Source of the DNA: Rhynchobatus australiae | Lineage: Eukaryota | Direction of reading: 5' to 3' | Length of the DNA stretch: 63,638 nucleotides | Assembly (NCBI GenBank): GCA_034780895.1 | Contig: JAUZTB010000070.1 | Span: 13,346,610-13,410,247, forward strand | In this document: positions 38,840 to 51,885 of the stretch, one piece after another | Layout of the letters: each line of letters opens with the position of its first letter | Position numbering within the stretch: position 1 is the stretch's first letter | Program-made: the position numbers and the translations under genes | The notes under the pieces: generated by a model | Seen by the model: only the letters and a program-made list of their open reading frames with translations | Told to the model about the DNA's origin: nothing | Database searches by the model: none

Positions 38840-38985
38840 GGGTGGCACAGTAGTGTAGCTGGTAGACCTGCTGCCCCGTGGCTCCAGTGACTGGATTCCA
38901 TTTCCAGTGCTGTCTGTGTGGAGTTTGCACGGTGGGTGGAGTCTAACCAGGTGGGTTTCTTTCAGATGCTCCAGCTTCCTCCCAC

Positions 38986-39032
<47 letters not shown>

Positions 39033-39232
39033 GTGTGGGTAGGTAGCTTAATAGGCCACTGTAAATTGCCCCAGTCTGTAGGTGATTGGTCAGCTCTAGC
39101 AGGGAGATGATAGGGGATATGAGGAGAATATGATAGGCAGGGGTAGGATTAGTGCAAAGACTAGTGTTTCATGGCTGGTGCAGTCTCAGTGGGTCAAAGG
39201 GCTTGTTTCTGTGCTGTTTCTCTCACTATGAC
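38840..39232 (+). mobile_element. Full-length V-SINE (HE1-like) with internal (TA)19
   Basis: Head gggtggcacagtagtgtagctggtaga, V-domain tgtctgtgtggagtttgcac...cctcccac, tail gggtcaaagggcttgtttctgtgctg. Confidence 0.8.
38989..39026. repeat. (TA)19 microsatellite
   Basis: Direct reading. Confidence 0.95.
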
Positions 39233-40479
39233 TAAACGTTCACTCCCTTCACTTCTGGCACTGTGTGACTGTAACATGTACTAGCTGCCGTATGCACTGC
39301 AGCATCTTGCCATGGCTTCTTTGGCAGAACCTTCCAGACTCTCAAACTCTCACTGAAAGGACAAAGGCCAAGGCTGCCATTTACAATCTCCCTTCAATCC
39401 TGTACACCATCCCCACTTGAAAATATTTTGCTTTTGCTTCATCACTGCTTGGCCAAAGTTTGGCACTTCCTACCCAACGGCAGCTTTGTTACATGGGCTG
39501 CAGCAGTTCAACAAGGTGGCTCATTGTTGCCTCATCAGGGGTTGTCTAGGGAGCAGCAAAAAATGAGTGAAGCTTGTGTTATGTTGAACTTGTTACAAGG
39601 TAAAGGGTCAGCAACCTGAAACAATGTGCATCAGTGGAGAGAGAAACAACCCTGCCCTTCCCTTTACAGCACTTTTGGTTTCTATTACAGAATGGGCAGT
39701 TTGAGGAGGGACGGATCATACTGGCCATGCTGCTAATGTCCACTTTGTTTTACCAAAATGCCCTCCAACAGGAAGCCCTGTCCAGAGAATTCCAACACCA
39801 TTCAGGACAAAGCAGCCCAATTGATGATCATTCTTCCCAGCAGTCTAATATTCTCCTCATCTATGAGTGAAACACTACTGTCCATAATGAACTGTAGAAA
39901 CCTGCCAAGGCAACTCCAGCAGCATCTCCCAAAGCCACAACTCCATCCACCAAGAAGGACAAAGGTTAGCAAGTGTGTCAGTCACACACCATCCTGACCA
40001 ACAGTGCTAATTCTTCATCAGCACTAACTTGTACTCCTGGAACCCTCCTCTCCAACAGCACTGAGAGTACCTTCACCGAAAGGTCTGTGACAGTTCAAGA
40101 TGGTGGCGCCCTTGCTAGTGATTTCCACAGCATAACTTGGTATTTTTCATTTAATCATTTATTTAACTGGCCAGAGTGTGGAAAGAGGGGGGAATGAATG
40201 AATGAAGGGAGGAAGGAAGAGAACAGCAATGCTTTCTTTCTAATTTAAACTGAATGTTGTCATTTGCATTTGCCATCATGTGTGCCCTGTTCCAATGGGC
40301 AGACTGTGAAACACAATAATAAAGGGAGTCATGATGCAAATCCTTTCATTTCCATAGATGTTAAGATAGTATACCAGTTGCAAACATCCTCCATTCGCTA
40401 AATGTCACCTCTTCCTGAAAAATCAGAGAATGAGAGGCCTTGTGCTTTTACTGACCAGTTTTTAAATCACCGTTCTTTG

Positions 40480-41420
40480 TAGACTACTTCTGACTTTCTG
40501 TGACTTGCAGGTCTGGACCTGCTGATTGCATTCTCCTGTTTTTAAATCCAAGCTGACTGCTTCTTTGTGGAACACTGGTGCCTGCACTTTCCTTGTTAGG
40601 AATTCACCAAAGGCCTGTTGACCAAACTTGATGACAGCTTCTCTGAGTGTAAACTTGGCACGCAGTTCATGCTGGACCAGGATGAATAGAGTCAACCCTT
40701 CCACAATGGCAGTATGTGTTATTTTAGTTTTTCTGAGATGAAATAACAAAATGCTTCATGTCCCCAGTCATTGTTGGAAATTTCTACAGTTAACACTGGA
40801 AATGTATTTCACAGCCTATGGTTTTTGGCTTGTTTTAAAGTACTAATGAGTCAAACTTATTCCCAATTCCTTAGCATTTATTTGTGTGTGTCTGTATTAT
40901 TGCAAAAATTCAAAGATCCCACACACTTGCTTTCCTGCATTCATAATGCTAAGGTGCAAGAGAAGATGACAAAGCCCCCCCAGATATGATAAACACAGGC
41001 AGGGAATTAGAACTGGAAGGGAACCAGACCCTAGAATGGTGGAGGAAGTGAGGGGAAATAACAGAACATCTGATCCCTGAACTAGGAATTGTCTTTTTAT
41101 TGGGTGTGTGGTGTTGGGCATGGAGACAATGCAGCCTGGCCATTTGACCCAGAGGAGTGTAACTAGAGTCTTGCTGGTGGGCATCTTGTCCTGGGAGAAG
41201 TCACTGACATTTACCCTGCTGGTGGATTTGGAGGATTTTGTGGGGACTATGCTGGTGGTCTCTCCAGTGCTTGTTGTGCCTGCTGTAGGTCATAACTGAC
41301 AAGTGTACACGAGGATAGGGATCACTGCTGTCCGGTGGATCATGGGTTTTGTGTAGGTTTAAGGTCAGTCTTCAGACATTCAAACTGCCAAAGGTAATGC
41401 AGGCAATGATGACTACAGCA
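40480..41420 (-). mobile_element. Decayed RTE-clade LINE fragments
   Basis: TKPMIHRTAVIPILVYTC, WPGCIVSMPNTTHP and QQAFGEF resemble the RTE motifs TKL.VYRA.V.P.LLY.C, WAGH..RMP..RLP and KQ..FGEL. Confidence 0.55.
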
Positions 41421-44400
41421 CACTACTGGAGAACATGCACTCCTTGTTTAGTGAATTATAGTTTCTGCCCTTGTACCCTTGCCCCATCATGACATTAACA
41501 TTATTTTATTCCCCACTCTGAGTCCTTTACAGCACAGTTCATGGTATCACCTGCAGGAGCTGCCATATAAGAGATGTTTTCCCCCACAGGCCTGACCTGG
41601 CTGTAGTTTAATTGTGTCTGGTAACCTTGCCACATGTAATCGGACCTCTAAGCTATCCTCTGCTCTCCACAAAGTGCCAGGATTCCAGCAGATGGTTACA
41701 ACTCGCACAGTGCAGTGTGGTGTTGTCTTCCTTCTGAGCCTTGGATCTCAGCGACCAGGCCTGACCAGGAGGTATTTGCTTGAATGAAGAGCTGTGGAGA
41801 GGGCATGTGGCGAGATGGGGGTGCAGGTTAGAGATGTACAGCTAAGTGATCTGAATAAAGGCAGCAAGATAATGGGAAATGAGGAGGATGATTAAACAAG
41901 AGGCAATTGCTATCATCTATTACTGATCTTCTACAGCCCACGGATTTTAGCACTCAAGATCAGACATGCATCCTATTGCAGTGTGGTAGGATCCCGCTGT
42001 GGTCTGTTGTCATAGACCGAGGGTGTTTGGAAGAGTGGTGGTGAGGATTGTGAAGTATGTCATTGTGATAACTTGCTGTGGCAAAATCGCTAGAAGTTTG
42101 AGTGTTGTGCTAGTGTTGTAAAATCTATGAATGTTGGTCTGGAGTGCACTCTACTAGAGGTGAGTGATGGAGCAGTGTCCAAGAGCAGTTGGACGCTTGT
42201 TGATGTGCTCATTGACCTTGACCACACTTAAGAGATGAATAAATCTTTTTCTCCACTGGAACTGTGTCCTGAGATCATCAACTTTGGCCACTACCTCTCT
42301 TGGGCTGCATTTGATATTTGTGGCTTCTTTGGGTTCTTGAGCAGGCAGAATGTCTTTCCCAGAACCTGCCACTCTGACCTCAGCTGAATCTCTAGGTGGC
42401 ACTCCCCATGATGCACGAGGACTTCCAGCAATTATCTCCCATACAGAGATACAGACAAGATGTGAATTAGTGCAGGATAGTTTCAGCTGATGTGGAGGAA
42501 CATAGTTTGTGTGTACTACCCACAATGATGGTTGGCCTGGACTCTGGGCTGAAGGGCCTGTTTCCATTGACTCTGAGATTGCAATTAACACTTGAGTCTT
42601 TGCATGAATTGTGTGCATTAAAATCCTGCATGAGGGTCACCACCATAAGCTGTTGCAGGTACCCTATGCAGTGTCATTTTAGTACCTACTTTGCTGTGCA
42701 ATTGAATTGCATCTCTCACTGGGCTTTATTAGTAATGAAAGGTGATATTTGCCTTGTAGAATATGTTTGAAAATTGGTCTCTAATACTGTGACATTTTAT
42801 AAAGATCACAGCTGGAAAACTTTTTTGGCCTAATGCTACACTAAGAGCACTGCTCCTCGTGATGTGGCAGGAAAAATGCATTTTTCAGTTACCATAGGGT
42901 GTTTTAAAAAGAAGCAAACTCTTACATCAGCAGGAAGTCTGCAGTTCAAAACGCCACGGCTTTGTGTATTAAAGTATTAAAACCATTAACTTTTTGGGCT
43001 TGACTGCTTCAAAGCTAATGGCTTGACATGAAAGAAATTCTACAGGAGAAATAGAACCATTTGAGTGATGTTTAAGATTGGCACTAATTTTGTGGGGGTG
43101 AATTCATAACTAATTTGATGGCCAGGTCAATAGGAATTAGGGTTGCTGTTCTTTATTTTTGCTGCTTTATCAAAGGGAAGGACCATTATTCATGTCTTCA
43201 GCTTTTGCAGTTAAATTCCCTTATTTTTCTTAATAGCCTGTGAAGTGACATGCATCGTGAAGCCCAATTGGTTAAAAATTCATCCTGTTCTGGATTGCAA
43301 CAATTGCTTTCCCAACACCAGTGCAGTTTGATGTACATTGTCTTGTGATCCTACTGCTTTAAATTTAAAATCCTTATCATCGTCTTCAGATCTCTTCTAA
43401 CCTTGCTTTGCACTCTTCTCCAGCCTTTCATGCCTCTGGGTCTCTGACCTTTTGGCCTTTTTATTCCAATCCCTTGTGCTGTATTGGCCCTTGGCCAACA
43501 AGACCGCTCCCTCCTCATCCCCTGAACTCAAAACACTTCCTCCCCACCTGACCCTACACTTCAAAGCTCATCCCTTCAAGCAACATTTTGGCCCTTGCTC
43601 ATGTCCCAGGTTTAGGGTCGTGTATCCTGCCTTAAACATTTTCCTTTTTATGTCCCCCATCACCACTGCCCCTCCCCATCACTAATGCAGTACCCTGGTA
43701 TGTTTTCTACTTCCAAAATCTCTCTGTATGTGTAATAACTGTTCTAGTACAACATTAATCAGGGAGGGGGTGTTCTTGGGACTTTTCTTTCTGGGATCTG
43801 TGCAAATTTGCTAATAAATAAGCCACTGCACCAAAGTGTAGTCTTTATTGTGTGGGTAGAGGTTGGAAGAGAGGCTTGGGATTCCTTTGTGGTGATCGGA
43901 AGCTCTGGCTGGGGAAGCTCCAAGGATTCCTGTTGGAAGTAGGGTGAGGGCTGGAAAATGCTTGTAAAGCTTGCCTGGGTAACTATAACAAGAGTGGCTC
44001 CTCCTTCCATTTCTCCTGCCAGCTGGCAGATAATGCAGGATTCCCCTGGCTTGCTGACATTGAGCTAAGTGGCCCCTTCCTGCTTTTAGCCTCATTGATG
44101 CTGTTTGTTGGAGACTAGATTTTGATTGTGCAGATTTCTTACCTCACACCTGAGCCTGCCACCATTTGCGAAGTGGTAGAGGTTTAGAATTGAGGTTGGC
44201 ATTTCAACTATTGTCAAGGCTTTTAAATAGTACATTAGCATGGGATAAATTTTCACTGTACCTTTTCTATGTCTGCATTTGACATTATTTGCCAATGAAA
44301 CTGTGAGTGTGGGGAGGGAGGGGAAATGGCAACTGCCCCTTTGTTCACAAATTCAGTAAGAAGAGTAATAACATTCTTCAATCTTTGTACATGTATTTGC

Positions 44401-45379
44401 GCTCCACAAATGATTTGAAACACAATTACTACTTCTTCATTTGTAGAGAGTGTTTGGGCGATTGGGATACAGAGGCAAGAACACTGTTCTTGATGGGATC
44501 ATTTTGTGGAAATTGGGCCCCAAAGTATTTTCTCTATTTAGTAATTCACTACAAAAGTACACTGGAGAAACTTGTATAGATCTTCCCATTTGTGATGCCT
44601 CAGTTGGTAACTTTGACATTAGCACTAAGTCTGTAAGAGTAGTGTCCTAGGCCCATTTATCATTTGGTTCTTTAATGCATCATTAGATCAAAAGTAAGGA
44701 TTATTTAGTCATTGGTAAACACTTGCAACATCTCTGAAAGTGAAGCACGGACTAACAGGTGGCCAGTAACATTCGAGCCACATAAGTGCTCTGCAATGAC
44801 AGTTTCCAATAAGAGAGTGTCTAACCTCTTCCCTTTTGACATTCAGTGGCATTACCATCCCCACCATTACCATCCTTGAGGTCAGCTTTGACCAGAAGCT
44901 CAACTGGACCAGCCAGTAGGACAGCTGGTGGCACAGAGCTGCTGCATCACAGTGCCAGAGACCCAGGTGCATTTACCAGCAGATAATTCATTTAGCTGCA
45001 TGCAACAAAACGGTAGAACGTACTCCATTGGGAACTAAAAGCACAGTAAGTCAGATATTGAATTGGCTATCAACTGACAGCCATGTAAAGTAAATGTGAG
45101 GATCTGGTCTCTGATGTCTGTAAGCAAGACCCAGCAGGTCTTCCAATCAAAACTGGAGCTCTGACTGCAATAGCTGAAGGGGGAACTGCACATTTAATTA
45201 TTGCTTTTGACAGGCGTTGAATAGTATTCAGACTAATTTCTGAAGCAATTTCATGTATCCCTGAAGAAAAAAGTACTGCTCCTTTGGAAAGGGCAAGAAC
45301 CGATGCCACTAATGGTTGTAATGGAATGCATCGTGTCTGTCTGCATCTTTATTGTATTTCTTTTTGTGGTTGTTTACAG

Positions 45380-45560
45380 TGCACTGTACAGGTAAAACTG
45401 GAACTAGGCCATCGAGCCCAGCTTCGGAAAAAGCCGACTAATGAAGGATTCACCCATGACTGGATGGTGTTTGTTAGAGGACCAGAACAGAGCGATATTC
45501 AGCACTTTGTGGAAAAAGTGGTATTCCGGTTGCATGAGAGTTTTCCAAAACCCAAACGGG
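45380..45560 (+). CDS. MLLT1: MLLT1 (ENL) coding exon 2, N-terminal part of the YEATS domain (181 bp)
   Basis: Acceptor tgtttacag, donor G|gtgagt. Translates [60 protein letters not shown], with acyl-lysine pocket residues F28, H56, S58 and F59 intact. Confidence 0.96.
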
Positions 45561-46859
45561 GTGAGTGGTGCTTTTTAAGAAATGTTTGTGACATCCCCCT
45601 TATGTCTAGAATTGCATTGCTAATTTTCCCAGTGACTCTTATTTCTGGGATCTTGATAAACTGGCACTGAAGAATGGCTTAAGGAAACAACAGTAGTAGT
45701 CAGTAAAAACAGTTGAGGCTAGTTATGTGGGACAAAACTGTAAGCTACAACCAACAAATCTCCAATGTTGCTCTGATTTCTCAAATAATTATGATCCTTT
45801 TTGTCCTCTGTGGTGCTGACAGGAATTACTCAAGCTCATATATGCACAACACTTGCCTCTCTTTGGAATAGATTTTTTTATTCTAATGTTCCTGTGATCA
45901 GAGTCAATAGATCTTAAAAGATTTGAAGTTTTTTGTTTGATGATCACTTTAACCAAAATAAATCTTTCTCCAGGTGTTTGTATTCCTGTCTGGATCTCTC
46001 TTCCTCCTTGCTGTTGTAACATGCATCAAGTCCCATTCACTCATCACCCTTCTGCTCTGTGACCTGGACTCATTTACAGTCCACCCAACGCCTTGAAAAG
46101 AACTTCTGAAATCTTTGTGCTTAAGTCTCTCCATGGCCTCTGTAACCTCTCTCTGCAACCACAACCTTCAGGTCTGGAACTCTTCTGCTGCCTTCAATTG
46201 CCGCTTCTTCCCCGCCACCCCCACTTTACAACATCATTGGTAACGCATGCCTTGAGCTGTCTTAACCCTGTACTCTCGCCTTTCAGCCACGCTGCCTTTC
46301 ATTCTTCATTCAAGGTGTTCCTCAAAATCTGCTTCTTTGCCCAAGATTTTGATTAACAGTCTTAATATCCTGGTGCCAATTGTGTGTCTGGCTTAATTCT
46401 TATAGAGTGCCTTGTGGCATTTTAATAAACTCGCTATATCAATGCAGTTTGTTGATGTGTGTTTGTTTCCTGTTTGTTCCCTTCTGTTGTCTGGTTCTTT
46501 GTTTCTCTCTTTCTGTTTCTTATCCCTATTTCATGAGGCTATTCCTTTCCTCTTCCATTGTACTGCTCCCCCAGCTTTTTGCTCTTTTATTTCTGTGCTT
46601 GCATCTAATTTGTATCTTTTATCTTTCCTGTTGATTATCATGTTTGTTCCATAATATCTCTCTTTCTTGGCTCAATTGTTCTCTCAATGCCCACAAACTG
46701 CTCTAGTTCCCTCTTGTACCACAATCTTCATCTGTATTTTGTCTTCGGAAGTTATGATTTCTTTCTCTTTCCAGCACTCACTCTCATCTACCCCTGCCTC
46801 TTTAAGTTTTCACCCACCCTTGTGCCTCCCCTTGACTACATGCTGGTACCTAGTATTAC

Positions 46860-47290
46860 CTGTGACTCAGTTGGTAGCATCGTCATTGCCAAATCCTAAT
46901 CACACTCAAACAGTTGAGGACAAACTTAGACTGATATTCTGGAGCAGTACTGAGGGATCATTGCATTGACAAAGGACATGTCTTCTGGAGATGTTAAACT
47001 GTGTCTCTGACTGTTCTCTTGGTTGAATATAAAAGGTCTGAGGACACTATTTCATAGAAAACCTGGGGAGATCTTCTGGTGCCCTAATAATTATTTATCT
47101 TCTGCTCAACATTACATGTGAAGAAACACATTACTCAATTATTATCATTTTGCTCTTTGAGAGCTTGTTATTCACACAATGGCTGCTGTTTTTCCTATAT
47201 TGCTACCATGTCTATACTTTGCAGTCAACAAAGTACTTTTTAAAACAAATTAGGATGTATGAAAGGGACAAGAAAGACACTATAAAAATT
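46860..47290 (+). mobile_element. Deu-domain SINE
   Basis: Head tgtgactcagttggtagca, then gcagtactgaggga...gagatgttaaactg...tatttatc...tggctgctgttt...aagtactt. Confidence 0.7.
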
Positions 47291-49149
47291 TTCTTCAGAT
47301 CATGTTGGTTTCCATTTACTTTTCCATGCTGTTGAGTACCTGTCTCTCTCAAAACTATTCCAGAGCAAGACAGTTAAATGACCATCAAGCCATCTTATTA
47401 AAAGGCCCTGCATAACCTGATGTTCCTCCCACACCACCTGATGCCTCCTTTATTTCTTAGACTTCCTTTGGGAGAATGAAAGGCTTTTGTATGTTTCAAA
47501 ATCTTGTGTCCAAGTTCACAGCAGATCTTAATCCAGCTCTTTTACCTGTTAAATCTGAACCAACACATCTAAAGAAGACCAAAGGAGCTTACACCCCAGA
47601 ATGAGACTATTCATCCCTTTGCATCAGTGCAAACCAAAAAATAGATTGCGTGGGCTAATTCAACTTTGTTGTTCTTGACCCATAGCCTTGTAGGGTAGGC
47701 TCGTGTAGGGTAGTGTTGAACGATGGTGAGGGTTTCTGTCCGCATGTCTTTAGACAATGAGTCCCAGATTTCTACTCTTCATTGAATGAATTTTATTCTT
47801 AACCTTTCCCTCATCTTCTATTAATTAACAAATTGGTGCCCTCTAGTCACATGACACTATTTGTGGAGAAATTAATTTTCCAACATCCTTAGCCAGATCA
47901 AGGATTATGAATTTAGTGATTAAGCCCTGAAATTCTGGATCTGTTCAAGATGAATAATCTGTATATTCTAATCTCATTTTTACCTTTTTTATTTCAAGTT
48001 CTGCATATTGTTTCCTCATTGTCTTTTCAGCAGTATAATTTATTTTCTGAATTATTATTTCTCCGTGTATTAGTTTTCTAAAATTATCCTAACATACATG
48101 AATTTTCTAATGCATTAATGTATTGAACTAGAATGACCAAAACTCTGTATAATCCAGAATCATTCTTGTTATTGATCTTCACATTGGCGGTACCTTTTTT
48201 TGATGGTCTATCTCTGATACTTAACAATTGCCTTTTCTTTCTCATGCTCTCCCAACCAACGTGTAGTGGCTGCAGTGTGTACCATTTACAAAATGCTCTG
48301 CAATTATGTACTCAATTGGGCTTCGTGGACAGCTTAGTTAAGTACATAATTGCAGACACCCGTCACCACCTCTGCTAAGAAGGACAAGGGCAGCAACCAA
48401 ATGGGACACCACCACCTGCAGGTTCCCCTCCAAGTTCAACACAATCCTAACTTGGAATTCCTGGAACTCTCTACCCTACAGTGCTTCAAGAAGGCGATTT
48501 CCCCTCCACCCAAGGGCAATAAATGCTGGCCTTGCTATAAATATCCACATCTTGGAAAAATGAGCAAATATCAATATTTGCATTTCTTTCCTGCAACCAA
48601 CTTTCTGTTCCTTACCCTTGCTTCAGTTTTTTTTTACCTTTTTTGTTTTTGGCTCTATCGCATCAGCATACCAAGAGGGCAGATGGCGAGGTGGTGATGG
48701 CAGAGATTATTGCGGTGTGAAGAAGTGCCTGGATGAGCAATGGAAGTGCTGAAAGCTACAGAGTTATGACTGAGATGTGGGAAGGGGGATGAACTTGCAT
48801 GGCTCTTTATGGCTGATCAGAAAAGGATCAGATGAACAGCTCCCTTCTGTACTTTTTATTTTTTTAATGACTATCACAGTTATTACTTCAAAAATACACA
48901 AAAGAATAGCAAGGGTGGACATAATGGAAGTTAATGATAGATAGCATTAGAACAAGTGCCAAAAAAGAATGTTTAACCATCAACCAAGCAAGTGTAAAGA
49001 ACATGAGCATGGCAATTCATTTGTATAACACTTGTTCTTTTTTTTTCAACAATGCACTTTAAAATTGATTTTTGTTTTCCATTGTGAAAAATGATCATGC
49101 CCATTTCCAAGTCACTTGGAAAATTTGACCAACTATTTTTTTGTTGTGA

Positions 49150-49735
49150 GTCACTTATTTCAAAAATCTTTTTGTAAAAATACATAAGAAATACAAAAAA
49201 ATGGTGTGGCTTTCATTGCATTCAATAAATTATTGGTTCTGTACATTGTGGTGTTGGCACATTCTGTATACAGAGCCCTATTGCCACTTAGGTGATCTCT
49301 TGGACCAATATAAACCTCAAGAGTTTGAGACACTTCTGTATAGAGCTTGGTCCCTCTTTGTAGTGGCAGGGAAAACCCCGGACTGCCATCCTTCCCCCAC
49401 AAAACCTTTTGTGTTGGCTGCACCAAGCTTAAATACATCCTTAGCACATACTTCTGCAACCTGGGCTGTGCCATTCAGCAGCATTCCCACATGGACATCC
49501 TGTTGTACAGGAAGACCAGCAAATTTCGGGCAGAACAAGTGTTTTTCACAGAGCTGAGATCTTCCAGTGGTATGATGTTTACCTTGATGTGGATCCCTGG
49601 GAATAGCCCATAGATCAGAGATGTGCACTCCATTGCACAGCTGCTCAGGATGAACCTCATTGAGGAATCTTTCATCCTTTTCCAGACCTCCTTTGCAAAT
49701 GTATAATCCACAAAGCGATAGGTGCTCATCTTGTC
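49150..49735 (-). mobile_element. Tx1/L1-clade LINE, 3' segment (C-terminal Cys-rich region and 3' UTR)
   Basis: Minus frame STYRFVDYTFAKEVWKRM...SLIYGLFPG is a decayed HLF.DC.FA..VW (zf-RVT) motif, running into an AT-rich tail. Confidence 0.7.
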
Positions 49736-49739
49736 TTCA

Positions 49740-51876
49740 ATTCAGTGTGCCTCCTTTGCACTGACTGTCACGAACAGGAAGACCAGAAAGCAGGCGGGGA
49801 TGTGGAAGTTGAATGTAAGACTGCTGATGCCAGAGAACTTCAAGGAATTAAAGGACTACACAAATTGGAGAACCATGAAGCCCTTCTTTGCTTACCCAAT
49901 GTACTGGTAGGAAGCAACCAAGGAGAACAGCAAAAGATTCTTCATCCTCAAAGGGATCTGAAAGCAAGACTGAGAGAGGGAATAGTGTCAACTCCAGAAG
50001 AACTTGCAGAATCTTCTCCTTCTGCATTCAAGGGGGGGATGGATGTGAGGGAGGAACTCTGAAGCAAATCTTCCAAGCTTATCTTCTGATCCAGAGTCCA
50101 TTCCTTGGAGCAGGATAAAATGTGCACACACTTCTTCCAAAAGCTTCCCAGCCTTGAGGAAGAGGATGACTCAATAACGTCCTCTCAGGAGGGATCTGTA
50201 AACTCTTCTACACCAGTCTGTATGACAGAAAAGCCACAGACAGCACAACCTACTGGAACTTCATGCCACTATACGTAGTGTTAGACGGCAGTGAGCAGAA
50301 GTGTCTGGACCAGCCATTAACTCTGGAGGAGCTGACGGGCTCCATCCATGCCCTTGAGTGGAATGGAAGTGATGGTTTACGGCTGAGTTGTACTCTGCTC
50401 TGTGGGACTGGATAGGCCCAGACCTACCGGGAAAAGTGCAGAGCTGTGCTTCTGGCTGTCTATGTCAGAATCCATGAGGAAGGGCATTATCACCCTCATC
50501 TACAAGCTGAAGAGGGAGAAGACAGACATCAGGAATTTGAGACCCATCTCAATGATGGATGTGCAAGGTCATTGCCAATTGGATCATATCTGTTCTGGGA
50601 TCCACCCAGACCAAACCTGTGCCATACCCAGGAGGAAAATCTCTGATTCCCTTGCAATACTCGGGGATACAATTGCCTATGTGTGGGACAAGGGGTGGAC
50701 ACTTTCCTGGTCAGCATGGATCACAGGAAGGCCTTTGACAGATACTGCACACATACATGATAGATATGCTCTCCAAAATGGGCTCTAGGGAGAGAATTGG
50801 ATGCAGTTGTTCTACAAAGTCAGTTCAACAAAGTTCTACAAAGTGCAGTTCCAATCAATGGGTGGGAAACAGATTTCCCCATCAAGTCTGGAGTAAGGCA
50901 GGGTTGCCCACTCTCCCTATGTGTACTACATAGAACCTTTGTTGAATCCATCAGGAAGGACACAGGCATGAGAGGGGTGATGATGTTGGGGAGCACACCA
51001 GATCAAAGGCTTCCTATACATGAATGACATCCGTTTTCTGCTCAGATCCAAGGTCAGTCCTCTGATCAGCATCTGTGACCAGTTTGAGTTGGTATCAGAG
51101 GCCAGAGTCAACCACAGGAAGAGCGAGGCCATGCTCTTGGACAACCATCCTGACTGTTTCTCTGTCCCCTTCACCGTTGGGTCTGACTATGTGCTGCTGC
51201 TGGGGATCTGGTTTGGAGGAGCAGAGATATGTAACAAAAATTGCCTGGAGCAGATAGGCAAGGTTAAAGGAAAACTGGAACTGTGGTAACAGCGCTCCCT
51301 CTGGAATGGCAAGAGCCTGATCATCATATGAGGAGCTCTTGCTGTTACTGTACTTGGCGCAGGTGCTGCCCTTACCTGGTTCCTCTGCTGTGGCAGTCAC
51401 CCGAGCCATTTTCAGTTCCAGCTGAGGATCCAAGATGAAATATGTCCTGCAGATCACAAAATTTAAGTCCCCAGACAATGGGGGAGGTGGTTGAGGAAAG
51501 GATACCCAACATCACCCTTGCCCTGATGGCCACAAAGAACCAAGTGTCACTGTGTGCTGAGGTTCTACCTGTCCCTGGATTTGTGAAGGATGGGTCTGGC
51601 CTCGTTGCCGCACTATATTGTGTCCAGCTGGACATTGCCACTCTAACTGTCCTTTTGTGGAAAAGTTCTTTCAGTAAAACACCTTTGACCACAAGTCCAT
51701 GAGCCAGTGGTCAGCACAGAACGTACAGCAGGAGGACGCAATGGATCCTGTGTGATGGTTCCTGAACAGACTGTCAAAACCATTTGGCAGATTGTCGCAT
51801 CACCAGCAAGCACCAAGACCTTGCTTGGCTGGCAGTGAGAGGGGCCATCCCTGTATGGTCAGAGACTCACTCCTGC
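49740..51876 (+). mobile_element. Tx1/L1-clade LINE ORF2 body (end of endonuclease through RT), decayed
   Basis: WKLNVRLL, GIITLIYK..EKTDIRNLRPIS, IHPDQTCAIPRRKISD, SGVRQGCPLS, ARVNHRKSEAM, LLGIWF and HQDLAWLAVRGAIP occur in order across frameshifts. Confidence 0.88.
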
Positions 51877-51885
51877 TGTGAGTCA

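Noticed and set aside
45284-45670. 128-aa ORF containing the YEATS sequence, read as a standalone gene
   Set aside because: Only 45380-45560 is homologous and it is bounded by canonical splice sites. The flanks are intron read-through.
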